The translations under genes were made by a program, and so were the position numbers. This document shows, in pieces, positions 1-12,996 of a stretch of 64,000 nucleotides of DNA (position 1 is its first letter; the number at the start of each line of letters is the position of its first letter). The stretch covers positions 1 to 64,000 of the forward strand of contig CT868024.1 of the NCBI GenBank assembly GCA_000165425.1. Reading direction: 5' to 3'. A model generated the notes under the pieces. It searched no databases. It was not told where the DNA came from and worked only from the letters and a program-made list of their open reading frames with translations. This stretch comes from Paramecium tetraurelia (Eukaryota).

Positions 1-2863
1 AGCACAATAGCTTGCATATGAGCTGGCTGCTGTAGACGACCCCATGATAGTAGATAATCTCAAAAAATAATTTTGGGTAAAAATTGATTTAAAAGTTCGA
101 TTAAATAAGTGAGATCATTCAATTGGGGTAAAATGAATCTATTAAAATATTCGACAATTTCATAATTCAGTTTGATTTAATTTAATAGAGAATGAATGAT
201 TTGTTTTCTAGTATGAAGGAGTCTATTAAATTGATTTTTTAAATCCAGAAGACTGAAGATGATAGATTTCTATACATTATCAAAAATAATTCAAATCCAT
301 TTGAATGCTCTTCAACAGAATTAGATTACATAGTGAAAATAATAGAAGGTAATATTTTTGAGGATCACAATTTAAAAAAAAAATAAGCTTCCTCTGAACT
401 TAATGAGGCAATTGAGAGTTTGAGTAAGGTGCTGTTTATAGCTTAAGAATAAAGAAAGTTCATTTAAAATATCGAGAATTAATTGTAAAAAATTTAATAT
501 AAAATAGCACGAAAGTCAATAAAGAAAAAAGTATAATTACTTTGAAAGGATTTTAGAAATCGAAAAATACATTAGAACAAACCACTTTTAATCTCATTAT
601 TTCTAATGAAGGAAATTAAGTTTATCAAAAGGATGGTTAGATACTTAGAATGTAAGTTTAATGGTAGAATATTATAGAGAAACGAAGTAACCATAAAGTT
701 CAAAGGATGAATAAATATTAAATAATATAGAATAGATTAAAAATTTATAATTTATAGGAGGGTACGGTGCTGATGGATAAAAAATTAATTTATGGCACTA
801 TTTTTGGAAGGGAGAAAAAATTGGAGGAGGTGTCTATAGTGAAATTGGTTAAAAATAAGGAATGTGGCAAGATATATGTGAAAATTATTGGGAGTATATA
901 TACATTTTGTTAAATAAAATTTAGTAAAAAAAATGTGGTAGAGGAAGGTTAATATGAAGATGGAAAAAGAATTGGCGCCTGGAATTTCATTTATAATAAT
1001 TAAAATATGTAAATTATTTGAAAATATGTCTAGTGGAGGGGGGTAATACGATAATGAAGGATATGGAACTAAAAAAGGAAATTGGATTGAGTTAGCTGAT
1101 TAATTTATGAATCAATCTTAAGTCTTTACTAGTGGTCGGTATCATAATAATAAGAAAATTGATCGTTGGGATATTATATTTAGGGGTTAATCGATGTAAA
1201 ATTATATTCTTATACGTTATCAACTAAAAGTGGTGGTGGATCTTATGAATATTAGCTTGAGGGAGATTCAATTAAAATAGGGAAGTGGATTGAATTGAAC
1301 GATAGATTTTATGATGATTCCTAAGTCACTCATGTTGGATTATATTGTAATGGTAAAAAAGTTGGTAAATGGGATGTATATTATCAGGAGAATTATGGTG
1401 ATAAAACAAATCATTAAATGTAGAAATAATTCTATTTATTGTAGTGGTGGTGGATAATACGAAGATTAGTTAGATGGAGATTAAATGAAAATTGGAAAGT
1501 GGATTGAGTTGAATGATGGATTTTATGATAATTCACAAGTAACAAATGTTGGTGAATATAAAAATGGGAGAAAGGTTGGCAAATGGGTTATTATGTATAA
1601 GGGATAAGAGATGTAAAATTATTAATTTAGATTTTAAATTAAACAAGTGGTGGTGGTTCTTATGAATGTTGGGCAAAGGGAGATTCAATTAAGATAGGAA
1701 CATGGATTGAATTGAGCTATGGATTTTATGATGATTCTTAAGTCACCTATGTGGGTGAATATTAGAATGGTAAAAAAGTCGGTAATTGGGATATTTGTTA
1801 TAAGTTTTATCTTTTCGAAACACAAAACATTATTATGTAAAGATAGATTAAATCTAAGTGGTGGAGGAGTGTATGAAGAAAATTTCGAAGGAGGTTCTGT
1901 TAAGGTTGGTAAGTGGATTGAATAAAGTGAAACTTTTAATTGGAATTCTTAGATTACTTATATTGGTGAATATAAAAATGGGAAAAAAATAGGTAAATGG
2001 AAGATTTGGTTTAGATATTATGTTTAAAAGTTGGAAGAATAATTTGATGTAAATCTTGGATCAATAATAGTGGTGGAGGATCATATGACGATAATGTAGA
2101 AGGAGATTCTGTTAAGACAGGATAATGGATTGAAATAAGTGAGGGGTTTCGGCGGATTTCTTAAACTAAATACTCTGGTGATTACAAAAATGGTAGAAAA
2201 GTTGGTAAATGGAATATTGATTTTATAACAAAAGATATGTAATAATATTTCATTATTAGATATTCTAATTTTAATGGTGGTGGATTTTATGATAAAGAAG
2301 ACTCCTTTAAAACTGGAAAATGGGTTGAGTTGAGTGATCGATTTTATAATTATTCATAAGTTACGTATGATGGCGAGTATAAAAATTGTAAAAAAATTGG
2401 AAGATGGATTATTAAATTTGAGGATGAAGAAATGTAAGTTCATGAAAAATTCTTCTTTTTAGTGGTGGTGGATATTATGATAACCAAGATTCTTTTAAGA
2501 CTGGAGAATGGATTGAATTGAGTGATAGATTTGATTTTTATTCCTAAGTTACTTATAAGGGTAAGTATCACAAAGGTAAGAAAATTGGTAAATGGGATAT
2601 TTTATGGAATTTTAAGGGGGTGAATTATGAACTGTAATATATTATTTATATGGTATAATAGGGGGGGTGGATAATATGATCATTAAACAGATGGTTTAAG
2701 TTCTATAAAGATTGGATTTTGGATTGAGTAGAGTGATTAGTTTGATAAATGGTAATCAATCTTGAATGAAGGCCATTATGAAAATGGTAAGAAAATTGGT
2801 AGATGGGTGGAAGTGAAATTCTAAAAAATTAAAAAAGAAGTTGAATTTGATTATGTAAACTGA
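1..2863 (+). CDS. 5'-partial Paramecium-type MORN-variant-like repeat protein (about 10 repeats of GGGxY..KxGKWIELxD.F...SQVT..GEYKNGKK.GKW); one apparent +1 frameshift, so possibly a pseudogene
   Basis: With TAR=Gln it gives ~55-63 aa repeats separated by GT..AG introns (894-924, 1009-1033, 1196-1230, 1420-1444, 1613-1647, 1837-1858, 2049-2070, 2239-2259, 2434-2462, 2634-2661); TGA at 2861-2863; exon 1859-2048 is 190 nt and breaks the frame. Confidence 0.8.
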
Positions 2864-4137
2864 AGCGTAATAACAAATTAAGTTATGAATTTCTAACTAT
2901 AATTATTCATCCATATCCATATGTAAACATCTAGAAGTTGTAAGTTTCAATAATCGTTAAAATTGTTGAGCTCTTTAGGTTAATTCTAGTGTGAGTTGAT
3001 TTAATTATATAATTTTTTTCTCATTAATACTTATACCTTTTGAAAAATAATATATTTTAAAAATCAAATTTTTTTAATCGTAATGTAAGAAATAATAATC
3101 TCTCATCTGGTTATCAAAATTATTAAATCTATTTACCCTATCATTAATTCAGTGAACAAGATTCTTTATTTCAAAGTAAATTTGAGTTTATATTGAGTCA
3201 ATAAAATAGCCAAAGGGTTTGTTGACACTGTCTGTTTGTATCAATAATATTATATATGTTTGTACTAAATGTGCTAAAGTTGGAAAAAATGTTTGTTGGT
3301 TTTATAATTGGAAAAATGGTTTAGCCATTAGCAATAAATATTAGGAATCAATAAATGTAAACTACCTTATAAAAATGGCTTCATTAATATACTTAAAACA
3401 ATTAATTAAGAATATTGAGATTTTGTAAACTTATTAGCCAATATCGAAAGCAATTTTTAATTAACTTCATAATATAATATAAATTAAATATATGGAGGCA
3501 ATAAAATATGCCAATTGTATTGACTTGATATATTTAATTTAAATTATATAGTGATATACATTGTTAAAATAAATGATGTTATTTTCTTAAAACAATGATT
3601 AAATTAACACTTTTTTTTTTCAAAGATAATTTGAATATTTTTGTAATTAATACTTAAATATAATAATTATTGTCATCTATTTTAATAGATCGTATAATGA
3701 TCTTTGATATCTATAGCAATTTCTTTTGAGACGATAAATATTCTAATTTAATTTTAGGTATATACATTCTTTATTTTCTTTATAATTCATTTTAATATAA
3801 AATATTAACAGTTTCTATTATTCAGAACAAACTATTATTAGCCGTTATATTTCAAAGATTAGTTCAAAAATAGATTCTAATTAATGTTTACTTTTATATA
3901 TATAATTTCTAATTGATGTTTTATATAATGATAAATTTTGTTAGAAATCCTTTTATACGGATTTTGTGTTATGGTTTCTCACATCAAAGATTTTTTATCA
4001 ATAATGGTCTTATTGTAATTATCTGAATGTAATCAAGAAAAATTAATAATAAAATAGTGAGTTGATAATTTACAACGATGACATCAACGATCATTATATG
4101 AATCAATAAAATAAATAATGAAATTAGAATCAATAAA

Positions 4138-5488
4138 ATGAGAAATTTGATAATTTTTGGATTGATTTTGAATTCAATATTGTGCTTAAATCCAATAGAA
4201 GATGAAGTAAAGGAATGGCCATTTTATCCAGAGTATAATTTTAAAACTTACAGCGGATTTGTCGATACATATGAAGGGAAATAGTATCAATAATGTTTAA
4301 GTGTAGGAAAATCCATTATATATTTATGGAAAGCATTGAAAGTCCTGAGAATAAACCACTGATTGTATGGTATGGGGGTGGGCCAGGATGTTCTTGTATG
4401 TTGGGTTTGATTTCAGAAATAGGGCCTTATGTAAGAGAAAAATTTAGTTAAGAATTTGTCTATACTGAAAATCCATATTCCTTACACAAATTGGCAAATA
4501 TATTATATTTAGATATTCCCGCTGGAGTAGGGTATTCTGAGGTTCACGATGAAGATTATGAATGGAGTGATACAAATACAGGAATTGATTCATATGAAGC
4601 AATAAAAACTTGGCTAGAGGGATTTTAAGATTACAAAGACAGAGAAATGTGGATAGGAGGAGAATCGTATTCAGGTAGAATTATGCTCATTTTTTAGGTA
4701 TGTATGTGCCTTGTACTGCAGAAGTAATTGTGAAGAAAAACAAAGAAGGAAAAAATAGAATTAACTTGAAAGGAATACTTGTAGGAAATGGTGTTTTGGT
4801 AAACGATGATGACTTTTTTGATTTATGGAATAGAGAATATATGATTAAAAGAAATTTTTACGACATTGTAACATAAAATGTTATGCATAATTCATGTTTG
4901 AGATCACCTTAATCTGCAAGTTGTTAGAAAGCATTGGAGACATAAGCTATAGTAATGAAAGATTTAAATCCTTATGATGTGTATGGATATTGTTATGGAG
5001 ATTCCTCAATAGAGTAGAAAGGGAGGTATAGAACTATTAGGGACTCTGATGAGGCCCCATGTATAGATGTTGGACCCTTAAATAATTTCTTTAATAATCC
5101 TGAAGTAAAGAAAAAATTAAGAATCCCAGAGGAGAGAACTTGGGAAGCCTGTAATATGGACGTCTTTTTTGGATTTCACAGAGATAAGGATAGTCATGTA
5201 TTGATGAAATATCTCTTTGAAAATGGGATAAAAATACTTCAATACTCTGGAAATTCAGATGATATTGTAAGTATTGATTACACTCTTGCATCCTTGAAAC
5301 TTATTGATGGTATTAAACTAATATCGAGAACGCCTTTCGCAAATAAGGAGACCAGATAATTGGGTGGATGGATTATGGAGTACAACTATTTAACTCTTTA
5401 TATTGTCAGAGGTGCAGGTCATTTGGTTCCTTACGATTAAAGGGCTAATGCTTTCTAAATGTTCCAAGAATTCATGGGCAGATAATGA
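4138..5488 (+). CDS. Secreted serine carboxypeptidase, peptidase family S10
   Basis: Hydrophobic N-terminus; motifs WYGGGPGCSC, GESYSG (catalytic Ser), SGNSDDIV (Asp), VRGAGHLVPYDQ (His); short introns; TGA 5486-5488. Confidence 0.93.
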
Positions 5489-5943
5489 GAAGTTTATTCT
5501 AAGTATTAAGAGATAATATTATAAATATTATTTATCAATTAACAATAAATCTAAGCTTTTTAATATAAAACTAAGTTTTTTGTTTCCTAAAATCAAAAGT
5601 CCTACAATAAATTCCGAGTTAAAAAAAACTGTTCTGATGTTGTTTCTAGTAAAATTATTAAAATTAATAAATGTTATGATTTTAAATGATACTTTTATTA
5701 TTGAGAATTAAAATTCATTAAACTTTAGATTAGATTAAGAAATTGAATTTCGTCAAAGTTAATCTAAATAGAAAAATGTAAAGTAAGATTATTATAATTT
5801 TAGTAAATTGAGTATCTAATCCCAACAATTAACAAGAAATTGTGGAAAAAAATGTATGAGAAATAAATTTTCCAAGAAAAACATATGAATTGATATATTA
5901 GATTTCAAATAACAATTACAATTAAATTATTAAGCCAAAAAAG

Positions 5944-7202
5944 TCATTTGAATCCTCTTTTCTATTTCCCCAAGAAATAATTGCAAGAATGGATAATGAA
6001 TTAAACTCTTTAAATATCTTATAAGTGATTTACTCTTAAAATTTCTAATAAATTCAATCCATCCTTCAATCCATTTTTATAGCATCACTATATTGAAGGA
6101 TTGATTTTACATTGTTTCATAAAAGTATCCATCAGATTTTTGATATAAATTCTCCATCTTCCTTATTTTATTCCCTCCCTATATTCTCCAAACATGTATG
6201 ATCTAAAATTTCTATTCATTTAATTATTTAATGAAATTGATACCCTTCTAAATTCTCATCTTTCTCAATCTATTTACCTTATTTCAATCCAAAACATCAT
6301 GACACTCCATTATTTGTCTCAGTATTCAACTTACCACATTTTATTCCATTCTGATACTCTCCTATGTTCATAATTTAACACCTACTTTAATACACATCCT
6401 TACTCATTATATTGACCACCTCCACTATTAATAGCATATATTATGCTATAATATTTCTAAATATAATGTCCCACATCTCAACTTTTTTGCCAATTATGTA
6501 TTGCCCTACTTATGAGTCGCTTAAATTTTTATCAAAATACATACTTTTTATCCAGTTCAATCCACATTCCTTGCTTTTTTACCATTCTCATTTTCAATAC
6601 CTCTTCTAGATTTATTCAAACACAGCAAAATATGATTTATTAGAAATTCCCATCATCCATCCTTTAAGCATTTTCTACTATCTGGCTTAAATCCTTAAAT
6701 CTGATTCTAATTTGATAATGCGACCCTTATCCATTTTCTATTTTATTTCCATTTTCATTATAATATTCAATTTCGAGTAACTTTTCTGGAAAATTTGTTT
6801 TCCAAATTCCAATATTTCTTCCAACTATACATTCTCCTTGGTAAGTCACTTCTAAAGTACTATTTTTGAAATAGCTATTATGCTTATTAAAGTTTTCATG
6901 TAAGTCTTTCCATTTCCATGCTTCAATTCATTTTCATTATAAAAACCTCCTTTTCTAATTTATCCTCCTATATTTAATCCTTAACCGCTCCAATTTGCCC
7001 CCCATTTACCTCTTTCTAATTTTCCTTTTCAAATTATCCATAACACTTTAGATGTTATATTTATTCTAAATTTCTAACTTCAATATAGTCAGTTAATAGT
7101 AATATGTATGTTATTTTCATAATGTTCTCTACCAGGCACAAATCTTTGTTTATCTCTTGATTATTAATTAAGAATAATACATTTTTAGAATTTATCCATC
7201 AT
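5944..7202 (-). pseudogene. Decayed member of the same MORN-variant-like repeat family as the gene at 1-2863
   Basis: Family motifs NLEQIQHLKCYGQF, GKWGANWSG, GGFYNENELKHG.WKDLHENF are present, but single-base deletions near 7011 and 6913 break the frame, and one intron starts GC (near 6883). Confidence 0.7.
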
Positions 7203-7675
7203 GTATATATTGAATATATCTATTAATGGCTAAACCTAGTTGATAATAATTCCCTACATTTTAATGAGTTTTAGCTAAAATTGAATTATAAGGTTGTTTA
7301 AAATCTATTCAGAGTTTCCATATCAGATTTATTATAAATTAATGATTAATATTGTTAGGCACTTAAGGTGGAAATTACTGATTCATATGACATCAATATA
7401 TTGCAATTGTTCAATGATACTCTTAAAATTAATTATACAGACCTATATTATAGAAGATAGTAAATTAGATATTATTAATATTTAGAATTTGGCTTAAGGT
7501 TTTTAGAATTTGTATAAGCAGAAATTAACCTGAATTTATCAATCGGAAATATGTTTATCAGAGATATATAATTCGGATTGAATATTAATCATTTTAATTA
7601 ACATAATCCATATTGCACAAACTCTCATTGTTTCAAAATCGGATTTTGAATGAATTATATGAAAAAAAAATAATA

Positions 7676-8972
7676 ATGAAATTTGTATATACATTCATTC
7701 TCTATCTAGCTGTAGTGAAATGTAGTAATTCTTTTACATTTCAAATAAATTCCGGAGATTTAAGTAGAACAACCTTGGAATTCTATGCTAATCACCCTGT
7801 TTACTAATTGAGTCTCAGATGCGATGTAATTAATAATTTACAATTCTAAGGGCTACAATTCTGACCTTTGGTTTGCTTACAACTACACTAATTTAGCTGT
7901 CACTCCATAACAAAGATAATAATATAAATGTTCCGATAAGAACTTCACTATTACCTTATCGAATGATTTTACAGAGGAATACGCTACAATCTAAGTCGCC
8001 AATTACACCAACTCTATGAAAATTCAAAGTTTTGATTTCATCACTAATACATAATCCTCATATAAGACTGCTTTGACTGTTAATAAAGCGATCACTTAAG
8101 GTCTCTACTACACTTTGAATGATTTCAGTTTGTAGGTATCTTATCCATCTACTGTGTATGTTGAAATTTTCAAATGCCCAACTTCTCCATTAAAGATTGA
8201 AGCCAAGACTTATGATTAGTTTGGGCAATATAGAAATTTATCCGGAACTAACAACAATAAATTCTTCTATGATGTTTTTAATACAACCAATGGAAGTTTT
8301 AATTATAGATTAGAATAATCGAGTTACGATTCCCCTGATGTTTTTATTAAAGTAATAATTAATCTAAAATTTTAGTACTAAAGAGCTTAATTATAAGATA
8401 TAAAGGAAATAAACACATATATAACAAATTACTATCTAAAACCTTCGGCTGAAGTAAAAGGTGATAAAATATTTATCACATTTCCAGCGTTTTAAGTGTA
8501 GAATAATGAAAATATTGAACTTCGTGTATCTGTTGGTTATGATGGTTCAGAGTAGAGGGAAATTATTTGTGCTTATGGAGATGCTGATATTTGGAGACAA
8601 TACAATTCCTATTATACAGGCACATACAATTTAACATATAACAGATATGGGATCAATGAATTGGTTACTGATTTTCCAGGTTATACACAAGGAAAGTACA
8701 ACATTCGAACGACTGCTATTATCAATTTTGGATCCATTAAATAAACCATTCCACTCCAAACAATTTCAGTTTATAGAAATTTATACGCACCAGCTGGATC
8801 ATTATTGGTTCATATTTTGGCTCCAATAGTAATTTCTGTTTTAGCTTTGTTTGGATTGATCGTCGGAGGTTGCAAATATAAGAAGAAGAAGGATCTGTAT
8901 TTATAAGAATAATAATTGGCACAATTGCAACAGCAACATTAAATACAGAATCCTTATATAGGTATTTAATGA
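7676..8972 (+). CDS. Type I membrane protein of unknown function (signal peptide, Asn/Thr-rich ectodomain, one TM helix, short tail)
   Basis: MKFVYTFILYLAVVKCS signal-like start; TM LAPIVISVLALFGLIVGG followed by CKYKKKK; tail ends QNPYIGIQ then TGA 8970-8972. Confidence 0.8.
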
Positions 8973-9042
8973 AGACATATATGAGTAATTTATATAAAAT
9001 TTATTTATTTAACTCTATAATAGACATATCTCCGATAGCATA

Positions 9043-9815
9043 TCATTTCTTTTACAAAATATTCTCCAACTTTTAAATTTCATTTTTTATTTCTTTGTAA
9101 AGCTTATATTCTTTTTCTACTGGAGCAATATCTTTATGAAATCTAATTCTTCTATTGTGGGTAGTTGTGAATTCATTTTAAAAGTTATTCAATTTCTCTC
9201 TCAATTCTGCTCTTGTTTTCTTTAAATCCTCTATTCTCTTTTGAATTTCTCCTTAGGTGTTATTTGTTGATTGCTTATAAGTTGGAAGTTGAATTCCTGG
9301 ATTTTGAGTAACTTTGTCAATTTGTTATTTCAATTTTTTATAGTATATATATAAGGGTCTCATAGGTTCTTTTTCATTTCTTAATGGAAATCTATTGAAA
9401 ATTGATTAAAAATTCGCATCATAAAACTTGAGTTCATTTTTTACTCGTTTCTTTTCATTCTAAAGTTAATCCATGGACATCAATTCTAAATCTCTTTTTG
9501 TTAATTTGGCTAAATCTATATTCAATCTATAATATCATAAGCATCTTACTTAGTTAATGATTCTTATAGTTTTTATGGGCCAATAATATTAACCCATTAT
9601 TCTATTGTTGGAGGATTGGATAATTTTTATTATGGTTGCTCAAATTTTGGTTGATCAGATTGCATAGAAGATATAGATGATGAAGATGTGTTATTTGAGT
9701 TCTTTTAGTAATTATCATAAACTGGATTGGGTTTTTTAAAATTATATACAGCTCTTGGATTAAAAAGTTTAGCAACTGATTCTGATAGCAATTCATTTAG
9801 TATATCGATTTCCAT
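9043..9815 (-). CDS. Small protein carrying a FAM13-type C-terminal helical domain
   Basis: EKKRVKNELKFYDANFQSIFNRFPLRNEKEPMRPLYIYYKKLK and RAELREKLNNFQNEF..HNRRIRFHKDIAPVEKEYKLYKEIK resemble the two C-terminal repeats of FAM13A/B (recognised from memory). Confidence 0.7.
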
Positions 9816-10141
9816 TTTTATTTATTATTTTATATATTTCGTCAAATAATTCAAATTGCTACTTCTAATAAATTGATTGATATCATCAATAAATGAAAAC
9901 ATTCAATACATTAATAGATTATTATCTACTAACACAAATGTAATTCCTTTAATACTTCAATCAGTATTCTCAATTAAAAGGGGAGTCATATAAAATTTAT
10001 AATCTGCATAGAAAATAAATAACATAATATTTAATAATCTGTGTCGTTTATAAATGTTTGATGAAGGAATAAAAAGTGAATTGTCGATAATATTATTCAT
10101 GAAAATGTAAATGATATATTATTAATTTTATTTATTATAAA

Positions 10142-11616
10142 ATGAATGTATATTGTTAAATGGCTGGGTATCATCAAGGTATTGTATGTAAATATAGGTG
10201 AAGATGAGCCTTTAGAATTATTATGTATGAATCCAGAATGCATTTCTATGAACAAAGTTTTGAATTGTGTTTCATGTATCGAGGAAAATCATATAGGTCA
10301 TCAAGTGATTCACTATAAAAAGTTCATTAATCTACTGCAGAAATAAGGGAATAGTTTATTAAATGAGATAGTAAAAATTTAATGTATTGGAATAGGAATT
10401 TAGATTCTAGGAATCTACAGTGTAAAATGACTTAGTGTGCAAGTTAAAAAACTTAATAAAATAATTAACAGAATTATCAGACATAGTAAATGATGCCATT
10501 CATAAATAGAAGGATATGTTAGAAAGGAAATTGTAGTATTATGAATGTATGTACTTTTGTTGAATTTTTTTAGAATTTTCTTGTGTGCTACCTACTTAAG
10601 ATACCTTTAACAAAGCTATCAAATAGCATGACTAAAATTTGATATAGAAGTTGATGAGTTAGTTTTTTTAGAAGGTTGAATACAATACAAAAAGATAGGA
10701 GTTTTTGGTAAGAAATAATTATATTTTGGATGCTGCAGAAGAAACTGATGGAGAAAATCTATTATTTAGAAAACTTAAGGATGTAATGAATTCTTTTAGG
10801 AGCGATGTAGATATGAATTATTAAACCCAAGTTTCATAATAAAGCAATAGCCACTTATAAAAAAAACTATCTTAAACTAATAATGAGTTTAAGCGATCTC
10901 ATCAACAATTACCAAGTTATAAAAAGATCACAGCTATTGAAAAATCTCCAGGATCTCCAGATGATAAAATTTCGGTTAGTCAATCTTTGAGTCAATTTTA
11001 CTATAAACCAAATAATTTGAAGAAACGAATAGGATAATAGATGTCTTTGGTAGAGACTTCAAACACATTTAGTACAAAATATTCATTCCATTCAGAATGT
11101 TTTGGATAGGGATTGTAAGTAACATCTAAATAAGTGAAATTAATTTTAGATTGCGATAAAAGTATTGCATTCATTAAGCCATCTATATATGGAAGTGGAT
11201 TGGCAAGAGAATAAAGAGTAACCCTCGTTATCAAAGTATGCAGAAATTCAAATCAAAGATACCCTATGGCAGTAGGAATTTGTGATCAATAAAAATTATA
11301 AGAAAATAATTTCGTTTTTACAGGATCAGCTGAGCATATGCCAGGATCAAATAATAAAGATCATGGATGTTACCTACTTAATTCAAATGGATATATTAGA
11401 TCAATGACAGGATCGGATATGATCAGGAGTTCACCTAATTTAAGATTCTATAGTAACTCTACTTTAGAATTAACATTCAAACCATTTCACAAATAATTAA
11501 TAATTAACAGAGATTAATAAGTGTAGACTACTATACCTTTAGAATTTTATAAAGATTAGAAACTTTTCTTTTGTGTAAGATTAGCAGATTTGCATGATTG
11601 TATTGAAATATTATGA
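10142..11616 (+). CDS. Cys/His zinc finger (B-box-like) + coiled coil + probable SPRY-like C-terminal domain protein
   Basis: LCMNPEC..LNCVSCIEENHIGHQV; helical middle; C-terminal PMAVGICD..HGCYLLNSNGY..LFFCVRL; TGA 11614-11616. Confidence 0.65.
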
Positions 11617-11674
11617 ATAATATTAATATATAATAAAGTATTGAATAAGAAATAATGAATAAATTATAAAATTA

Positions 11675-12996
11675 ATGAATTATGTAAAATTTCAGGAGGA
11701 TGTAGATGATGGGATTGAACCTGATGAGCATTCATCAAAGATAGACTTACAGGAACTCTCATTAATAATTGATTTAACTTAACTGGAAGGATTTAACATA
11801 TTTTAATCCATTTATGCTATACATTTTAAAGGGTTTAGTAGAATTTAAGATGCTGCAATATATCTCTAACATGACGAAACTCACAGATATGTTTAATCGA
11901 GTAACAATTGTGGAGTTTGCAATAAAGATAGGGAGTTTCATCTGATGATTGATGAAAATAGTGAGAAGATAGTTGCAAAAATAATCAGAATAATAGATAT
12001 TATATACTAAAATTAATAATGCTGTGTATGTTATTTGATGTACTTGGACAAAGATTTGGTTCATCTAAATTCAGAAAAACACATGATATGCTTAAATTGC
12101 TTTTACAATTATTTAAGGCAATCAATAGAGGATAGAAAAATCAACAATATTAAATGTCCTCATTGTGATATTCCAATTAGAGATATTGATGTCCTGGAAC
12201 ATTCACAAGAACTTTATACAAAATACATAAAGTGTCATCAAAACTTGGAAATTGCAATGAATCCTAATAAGGCATGGTGTCCTACAATTAATTGCAATAG
12301 TGTAATAGAATTTAAACAGTTATCAACAGTAGCTACTTGTGCTTATTGTTAAATTGAAGTTTGCAAACGATGCAAACAAAGAGCACATCCACTTCAAAGT
12401 TGCGAAGAGAACTTATAATAGGTTTTAAATGAGTGGTAAGAAAATAGAGATACATAATAATGTCCAAGATGCAAAATTATAGTTGAGAAGATTAATGGTT
12501 GTAATCATATGACTTGTTAGTTTTGTTAACATGAATGGTGTTGGATTTGTGGAAGTGATTATACATCAATTCATTATGCAATATTCAATCCTTTTGGTTG
12601 TCCTGCCTTGATGCCAGGATGGATTCGATAAAAAGATTGGTCATATGTTAAGTTAATAATTTGGAGGTTCATCTGCTTTATACTCTTAATAATATTAACC
12701 CCTATGGTAGTATTAGTGATTGCTCCTATTTTGTGTATAGCTAAACTAATCCAAACAAGATTTTACAGAGATAAAAATTGTTGGATTCAAGCATGCTTAT
12801 TGATTTTTGCTTTTATAATAGGTATTGCACTTATACCTATTGCTATTATTGTCTTTGCTGTTGGTAATTCTTTTCTTAATATTTAGCTTTGGTGCCTTCT
12901 ATTATCGGAATAATAGTATTTTATTACGACGAAAGGAAGAGGCTAGAATTTAGACATTAAACTGCGTTATCCAGACATTTCCAATAAAATCCTTGA
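11675..12996 (+). CDS. RBR (RING-IBR-RING) E3 ubiquitin ligase with C-terminal TM helices
   Basis: CCVCY..HMICLNC..IKCPHC; IBR WCPTINC..CAYC..CKRCKQRAH..C; RING2 [31 protein letters not shown]; hydrophobic C-terminus. Confidence 0.93.

Noticed and set aside
1009..2700. ~200 bp periodic gtggtggtgga motif resembling a CRISPR or satellite array
   Set aside because: The units are degenerate protein-coding repeats with introns, not identical repeats with unique spacers; no cas genes; eukaryotic DNA
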